Below are positions 58,200 to 64,000 of a stretch of DNA of 64,000 bases, one piece after another. Numbering within the stretch: the first letter of the stretch is position 1; the number at the start of each line of letters is the position of its first letter. The notes beneath the pieces are model-generated. The model was not told the origin of the DNA. It ran no database searches and worked only from the letters and a program-made list of their open reading frames with translations. Origin of the DNA: Escherichia coli (GTDB taxonomy: Bacteria; Pseudomonadota; Gammaproteobacteria; Enterobacterales; Enterobacteriaceae); the NCBI RefSeq assembly GCF_030013205.1, contig NZ_CP122648.1. One strand, 5' to 3'. A program made the translations under genes and the position numbers.

Positions 58200-58850
58200 G
58201 TGCGGTGCAAAGGTTTTCTGTTTGATCTTGATGGAACGCTGGTGGATTCCCTGCCTGCGGTAGAACGGGCGTGGAGCAACTGGGCCAGACGTCATGGGTT
58301 AGCGCCGGAAGAGGTGCTGGCTTTTATTCACGGTAAACAGGCGATCACCTCTCTGCGCCATTTTATGGCGGGCAAATCCGAGGCTGATATTGCCGCCGAG
58401 TTTACGCGTCTGGAGCAAATCGAGGCCACGGAAACCGAGGGTATTACCGCGCTTCCGGGGGCAATCGCCTTACTCAATCATTTGAATAAAGCAGGTATTC
58501 CGTGGGCCATTGTGACTTCTGGCTCCATGCCGGTAGCGCGAGCGCGCCATAAAGTAGCTGGGCTTCCCGCACCAGAGGTGTTTGTAACCGCTGAGCGAGT
58601 GAAGCGCGGAAAACCAGAACCTGATGCGTATCTGTTAGGCGCGCAGCTGCTGGGGCTTGCGCCGCAGGAGTGTGTGGTGGTGGAAGATGCTCCCGCTGGC
58701 GTGCTTTCTGGCCTGGCGGCGGGTTGTCATGTCATTGCGGTTAACGCTCCGGCAGATACCCCGCGCCTGAATGAGGTCGATTTGGTCCTCCACAGTCTGG
58801 AGCAAATTACTGTGACCAAACAGCCAAATGGCGATGTTATTATTCAGTGA
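58200..58850 (+). CDS. hxpA: HAD-family sugar/hexitol phosphatase
   Basis: 216 aa with HAD motif I FLFDLDGTLVDS. Confidence 0.85.
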   Translation: MRCKGFLFDLDGTLVDSLPAVERAWSNWARRHGLAPEEVLAFIHGKQAITSLRHFMAGKSEADIAAEFTRLEQIEATETEGITALPGAIALLNHLNKAGIPWAIVTSGSMPVARARHKVAGLPAPEVFVTAERVKRGKPEPDAYLLGAQLLGLAPQECVVVEDAPAGVLSGLAAGCHVIAVNAPADTPRLNEVDLVLHSLEQITVTKQPNGDVIIQ

Positions 58851-58936
58851 AACACCTGATCATGATTTAGCCCCGTCTCGTCGGGGCTTTTTTATGGCAG
58901 AATCAAGTCATCCCCCTCAATTAACAAGGATAAGTT

Positions 58937-60769
58937 GTGAACGGTGAATTGATTTGGGTTCTTTCATTACTGGCCGTTGCCATCGTCTTGTTTGCGACGG
59001 GCAGAGTGCGTATGGATGCGGTCGCTTTGTTTGTTATTGTCGCGTTTGCATTAAGCGGAACGCTGACGGTCCCCGAAGTATTTTCCGGCTTTTCCGATCC
59101 TAACGTTGTCCTGATTGCCGCCTTGTTTATTATTGGCGATGGTTTGGTCCGTACCGGTGTTGCCACTGTAATGGGGACATGGCTGGTCAAAGTGGCGGGC
59201 AACAGTGAAATCAAAATGTTGGTTTTGTTGATGCTGACCGTCGCGGGGCTTGGCGCGTTTATGAGTTCAACCGGCGTTGTCGCTATCTTTATTCCCGTGG
59301 TGTTAAGCGTTGCCATGCGTATGCAAACGTCGCCGTCGCGCCTGATGATGCCGTTAAGTTTTGCCGGGCTGATAAGCGGCATGATGACGCTGGTGGCGAC
59401 GCCGCCGAACCTGGTAGTCAACAGTGAATTGCTGCGTGAAGGCTATCACGGCTTCAGTTTCTTTAGCGTAACACCTATTGGCCTGGTCGTGCTGGTGCTG
59501 GGTATTTTGTATATGTTAGTGATGCGTTTCATGCTGAAAGGGGATACCCAGACCCCGCAGCGCGAAGGCTGGACGCGTCGAACCTTTCGCGATCTTATCC
59601 GTGAATATCGACTGACCGGGCGTGCGCGACGTCTGGCTATTCGCCCCGGATCGCCAATGATTGGTCAACGGCTGGACGATCTCAAATTACGTGAGCGTTA
59701 TGGCGCTAACGTCATCGGTGTTGAACGCTGGCGGCGTTTTCGTCGTGTTATCGTGAACGTGAATGGGGTTTCTGAATTTCGCGCGCGTGACGTTTTGCTT
59801 ATTGATATGTCTGCGGCTGATGTCGATCTCCGGCAATTTTGTAGTGAGCAGTTGCTGGAGCCGATGGTACTACGCGGCGAGTATTTTTCTGACCAGGCAC
59901 TTGATGTGGGCATGGCAGAGATTTCATTAATTCCTGAGTCTGAACTTATTGGTAAATCGGTGCGCGAAATTGGTTTTCGTACCCGCTACGGACTGAATGT
60001 GGTGGGGCTAAAGCGCAATGGCGAGGCGATGGAAGGTTCGCTGGCGGATGAGCCTCTGCTGCTGGGCGATATCATCCTGGTTGTGGGTAACTGGAAACTG
60101 ATCGGTATGCTGGCAAAACAGGGGCGTGACTTTGTGGCGCTGAACTTACCAGAAGAAGTGAGTGAAGCATCGCCCGCGCACAGCCAGGCACCCCATGCGA
60201 TTTTCTGTCTGGTGCTAATGGTGGCGTTAATGCTGACCGATGAAATTCCTAATCCTGTTGCCGCTATCATCGCCTGCCTGCTGATGGGGAAATTCCGTTG
60301 TATCGATGCTGAAAGCGCCTATAAATCCATTCACTGGCCGAGCATTATTTTGATCGTTGGGATGATGCCGTTTGCTGTGGCATTACAGAAAACGGGAGGT
60401 GTCGCGCTGGCGGTGAAAGGGCTGATGGACATTGGCGGCGGTTACGGGCCACATATGATGCTGGGTTGTTTGTTTGTCTTGTCGGCGGTTATTGGGCTAT
60501 TTATCTCTAATACCGCAACGGCGGTGTTGATGGCTCCGATTGCGCTGGCTGCTGCCAAAACGATGGGTGTGTCGCCTTATCCATTTGCGATGGTCGTGGC
60601 GATGGCAGCATCCGCCGCCTTTATGACGCCGGTTTCTTCACCTGTTAACACACTGGTTTTAGGTCCGGGAAATTACAGCTTCAGTGACTTTGTGAAGTTG
60701 GGGGTACCGTTCACCATTATCGTGATGGCGGTTTGTGTGGTGATGATCCCGATGCTGTTTCCGTTTTGA
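58937..60769 (+). CDS. yfbS: SLC13/DASS-family transporter with central TrkA-C domains
   Basis: 610-aa polytopic membrane protein. Confidence 0.85.
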   Translation: MNGELIWVLSLLAVAIVLFATGRVRMDAVALFVIVAFALSGTLTVPEVFSGFSDPNVVLIAALFIIGDGLVRTGVATVMGTWLVKVAGNSEIKMLVLLMLTVAGLGAFMSSTGVVAIFIPVVLSVAMRMQTSPSRLMMPLSFAGLISGMMTLVATPPNLVVNSELLREGYHGFSFFSVTPIGLVVLVLGILYMLVMRFMLKGDTQTPQREGWTRRTFRDLIREYRLTGRARRLAIRPGSPMIGQRLDDLKLRERYGANVIGVERWRRFRRVIVNVNGVSEFRARDVLLIDMSAADVDLRQFCSEQLLEPMVLRGEYFSDQALDVGMAEISLIPESELIGKSVREIGFRTRYGLNVVGLKRNGEAMEGSLADEPLLLGDIILVVGNWKLIGMLAKQGRDFVALNLPEEVSEASPAHSQAPHAIFCLVLMVALMLTDEIPNPVAAIIACLLMGKFRCIDAESAYKSIHWPSIILIVGMMPFAVALQKTGGVALAVKGLMDIGGGYGPHMMLGCLFVLSAVIGLFISNTATAVLMAPIALAAAKTMGVSPYPFAMVVAMAASAAFMTPVSSPVNTLVLGPGNYSFSDFVKLGVPFTIIVMAVCVVMIPMLFPF

Positions 60770-60775
60770 CAAGAG

Positions 60776-60826
60776 CCTGATGTCGCATCCGGCGCTTATT
60801 GCCTGATGCGACGCAGACTCCGGCTG
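60776..60826. repeat. REP-like palindromic element
   Basis: gatgtcgcatccggcg...gcctgatgcgacgc motif between yfbS and yfbR. Confidence 0.45.
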
Positions 60827-60827
60827 C

Positions 60828-61427
60828 TTACAGCGGTGAATCCTGGCTAATCTCATCGAGCGAAAGATGGAAGCTGGGAACAAAGACTTCCATGAAGTAG
60901 TCCATCTCCTGGCTGCGGCGCGCTTCAAGCGTCGCTTCCAGTCGCGTTTTTGCCAGCAAGAATTCATTATTTCCCGCCGCGAGTTCTTCCAGACATTTCA
61001 GATATGCACATAGTGCATCTGCCTGTTTCACCAGTGATTTTTCTTCATCACTATATGCATGCTCGTCAATTAACGGCGCAAAGATATCCCGCAACTCTTC
61101 CGGAACCATATCGACCAGTTTTTGCTGAGCGATTTTTTCAATCGCCTTGTATTCCTGAGCGATTTGCGAATTGAAGTATTTCACCGGGGTAGGGAGATCG
61201 CCGGTAAGCACTTCTGAGGCATCGTGGTACATCGCCAGTAAAGCGATACGTTCGGCGTTGACATTACCGCCAAATTTACGATTTTTGATAGCTGCCAGCG
61301 CATGGGCGACCATCGCTACCTGCAAACTGTGTTCGGACACATTTTCCGTCCGCACATTGCGCATTAGCGGCCAGCGGTTAATGAGTTTCAGGCGGGAGAG
61401 ATGGGCAAAAAAATGGCTCTGTTTCAT
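60828..61427 (-). CDS. yfbR: 5'-deoxynucleotidase (HD domain)
   Basis: 199 aa with HD motif (HSLQVA...HDASE). Confidence 0.85.
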
Positions 61428-61510
61428 AGTGACCTTACGTATGATGACATCATCAGGTCATTGTGGCGGGATAACACTGCCGGATGCAATCTCCGGCAGT
61501 GAAATTAAGA

Positions 61511-62728
61511 TTACAGCTGATGATAACCAGAAAGGAAACGCGCGAACTTGCTCAAAGACAGCTCGATATCATCGACACGCGGTAGCGTGACAATGCGGAA
61601 GTGATCCGGCCACGGCCAGTTGAATGCCGTCCCTTGCACCAACAGAACTTTTTCCTGCAACAGGAAATCCAGCACCATTTTCTGATCGTCGTGAATATTA
61701 AAGCGTTTGGCGTCGATTTTCGGGAACATGTACAGCGCACCACGAGGTTTCACGCAGGAAACGCCCGGAATATCATTGATCAATTCCCATGCGCGGTTAC
61801 GCTGCTCATAAAGACGACCGCCAGGGGTAATAAATTCACTGATGCTCTGATAACCGCCCAGCGCGGTCTGAATGGCGTGTTGCGCAGGAACGTTAGCACA
61901 CAGGCGCATTGAAGCCAGCATTTCCAGACCTTCGATGTAGCCTTTGGCGTGTTTTTTCGGCCCGTTCAACACCATCCACCCCTGACGGAAGCCTGCAACG
62001 CGGTATGTTTTCGACAGGCCGTTAAAGGTAATGGTCAGCAGATCAGGTGCCAGCGGCGCAATTGAGTGATGCTCAGCGTCGTCGTAGAGAATTTTGTCAT
62101 AAATTTCATCGGCGAAGATAATGAGATTATGCTGACGTGCAATCTCCACTATCTCCATTAAAAGCTCTTTGGAATATACCGCGCCGGTTGGGTTATTTGG
62201 GTTGATAATAACGATCCCACGCGTACGAGGCGTAATTTTAGCGCGAATATCATCAAGGTCCGGGAACCAGTCAGAGGATTCATCGCAAAGATAATGCACC
62301 GCTTTACCGCTGGAGAGCGAAACCGCCGCGGTCCATAGTGGGTAATCAGGTGCAGGAACCAACATTTCGTCGCCGCTGTTCAGCAATGCCTGCATTGCCT
62401 GAACGATAAGCTCCGATACACCATTTCCGATGTAAATATCTTCCACGGTAACATCACGCATGCCACGAGCCTGGTAGTGCTGCATGATGGCTTTACGCGC
62501 GGAGTAAAGCCCTTTGGAATCGCAATACCCTTGAGCGGTAGGCAGGTTGCGAATCACGTCAACGAGGATTTCATCTGGCGCGTCAAAACCGAACGGGGCA
62601 GGGTTGCCGATGTTCAGTTTCAGTACCTTGTTACCTTCTTCTTCTAGGCGTTTTGCTTCTTTCAGCACCGGACCACGGATGTCGTAACAGACATTCTCTA
62701 ATTTGCTGGATTTTTCAATGGGGGACAT
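61511..62728 (-). CDS. alaA: Glutamate-pyruvate aminotransferase (PLP-dependent)
   Basis: 405-aa aminotransferase class I/II, MSPIEKSSKLENVCYDIRGPVLKEA... Confidence 0.9.
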   Translation of the reverse strand: MSPIEKSSKLENVCYDIRGPVLKEAKRLEEEGNKVLKLNIGNPAPFGFDAPDEILVDVIRNLPTAQGYCDSKGLYSARKAIMQHYQARGMRDVTVEDIYIGNGVSELIVQAMQALLNSGDEMLVPAPDYPLWTAAVSLSSGKAVHYLCDESSDWFPDLDDIRAKITPRTRGIVIINPNNPTGAVYSKELLMEIVEIARQHNLIIFADEIYDKILYDDAEHHSIAPLAPDLLTITFNGLSKTYRVAGFRQGWMVLNGPKKHAKGYIEGLEMLASMRLCANVPAQHAIQTALGGYQSISEFITPGGRLYEQRNRAWELINDIPGVSCVKPRGALYMFPKIDAKRFNIHDDQKMVLDFLLQEKVLLVQGTAFNWPWPDHFRIVTLPRVDDIELSLSKFARFLSGYHQL

Positions 62729-63644
62729 GAATCTTGACCTTTTTTGCTGTTATCGCCACTCCCTGCCGTGGAAGTCAGCTTAGAACAATGTACTCCCCCA
62801 GGACGGCGTTTTGAAGGTCTGCAGAATAAGATTTTGCCAGAGGGGAAGACTCGATTGTGCTGTTAATAACTTAATAATGGCAAAATAATGAGGTGTATAT
62901 GCTTAGTAATTAATGTTATGTAGTGAATTGTTCTGATTCTTAATTGTGACTGTGGTTTTTTTATCTGTAAGATAATTGTTTGAAAATGCCTCGTTTAAGA
63001 ATTCACTAATGAATCGTGATGATGATATTTCCGCATTACGGAGAGTTTAACAGCGTGATGATTTCCGAGGTGTCGTAATGGGTGCAAGGTGTGAAACTAT
63101 TGTTAAGCGGGATTAATGTATGAGGATGATGCTAATTAATTATTATTTAATATTCAAAAAGGTTTTGTTGTGCTTATTAATAATAGAAGATTACTTTGCC
63201 TAACATAACATAACTTTGCATCAGATAATTCGCAATGACCCTTATAAATAAAAGGTTTTTGGGGTAAAATGCTCGCATAAATGACGGATCCCTGCTCTTG
63301 ATGCCGCCTCACCATTGCTGTTTGTACGTGTTCGCGTATGACCAGCGATGCTGCACGAGAGTGGAACAAGGACTCACATTTACATTTATACAAACACGCG
63401 CATGTCATAAATACAAAAGAGTGAGTAACTTAATAGATATGCGATTCCTGAAGATATATTCTGTGATCTACTTCAGGCATTATAACGGAACAATGTGAGT
63501 CGCTTTTTTAGTGCAACTCATATGCATTTTTACTTTCGTCCGGGTTCCGGATGAAACTGCCAGGGAGGCACATTACAAATGGAATTGCTTGTTTGTGTAT
63601 GCACAGCATTAACCAGCTCAGTATGAGCCGCCAGTAAGTGATAA

Positions 63645-64000
<356 letters not shown>

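Overview
Enterobacterial (E. coli-like) chromosome: mnmC'-fabB-yfcJ-flk on the left, and pdxB-usg-truA-dedA-accD-folC-dedD-cvpA-purF-ubiX-argT-hisJQMP-rpnB-yfcH-folX-yfcG-yfcF-yfcE-yfcD-yfcC-pta-ackA-yfbV-yfbU-hxpA-yfbS-yfbR-alaA-lrhA' on the right. Between flk and pdxB lies a ~27 kb P2-like prophage (about 5318..32440), bounded by a 20-bp direct repeat and inserted inside the first codons of pdxB. The prophage looks defective and rearranged: the major capsid gene is fused to a tail-fibre 3' fragment (head-completion, lysis, baseplate and most tail-fibre genes are missing), and the sheath/tube/E/T/U block is inverted relative to P2 synteny. It carries cargo at four positions: a plasmid-type ParMR partition cassette with a parC-like palindrome pair, a hok-like type I toxin gene, an AT-rich orphan gene between D and ogr, a hexapeptide acyltransferase at the Z/fun position, and a two-gene operon (zinc-ribbon membrane protein plus secreted Cys-repeat protein) next to attL. 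All identifications rest on reading the translations and sequence by eye against remembered family sequences; no database search was run.
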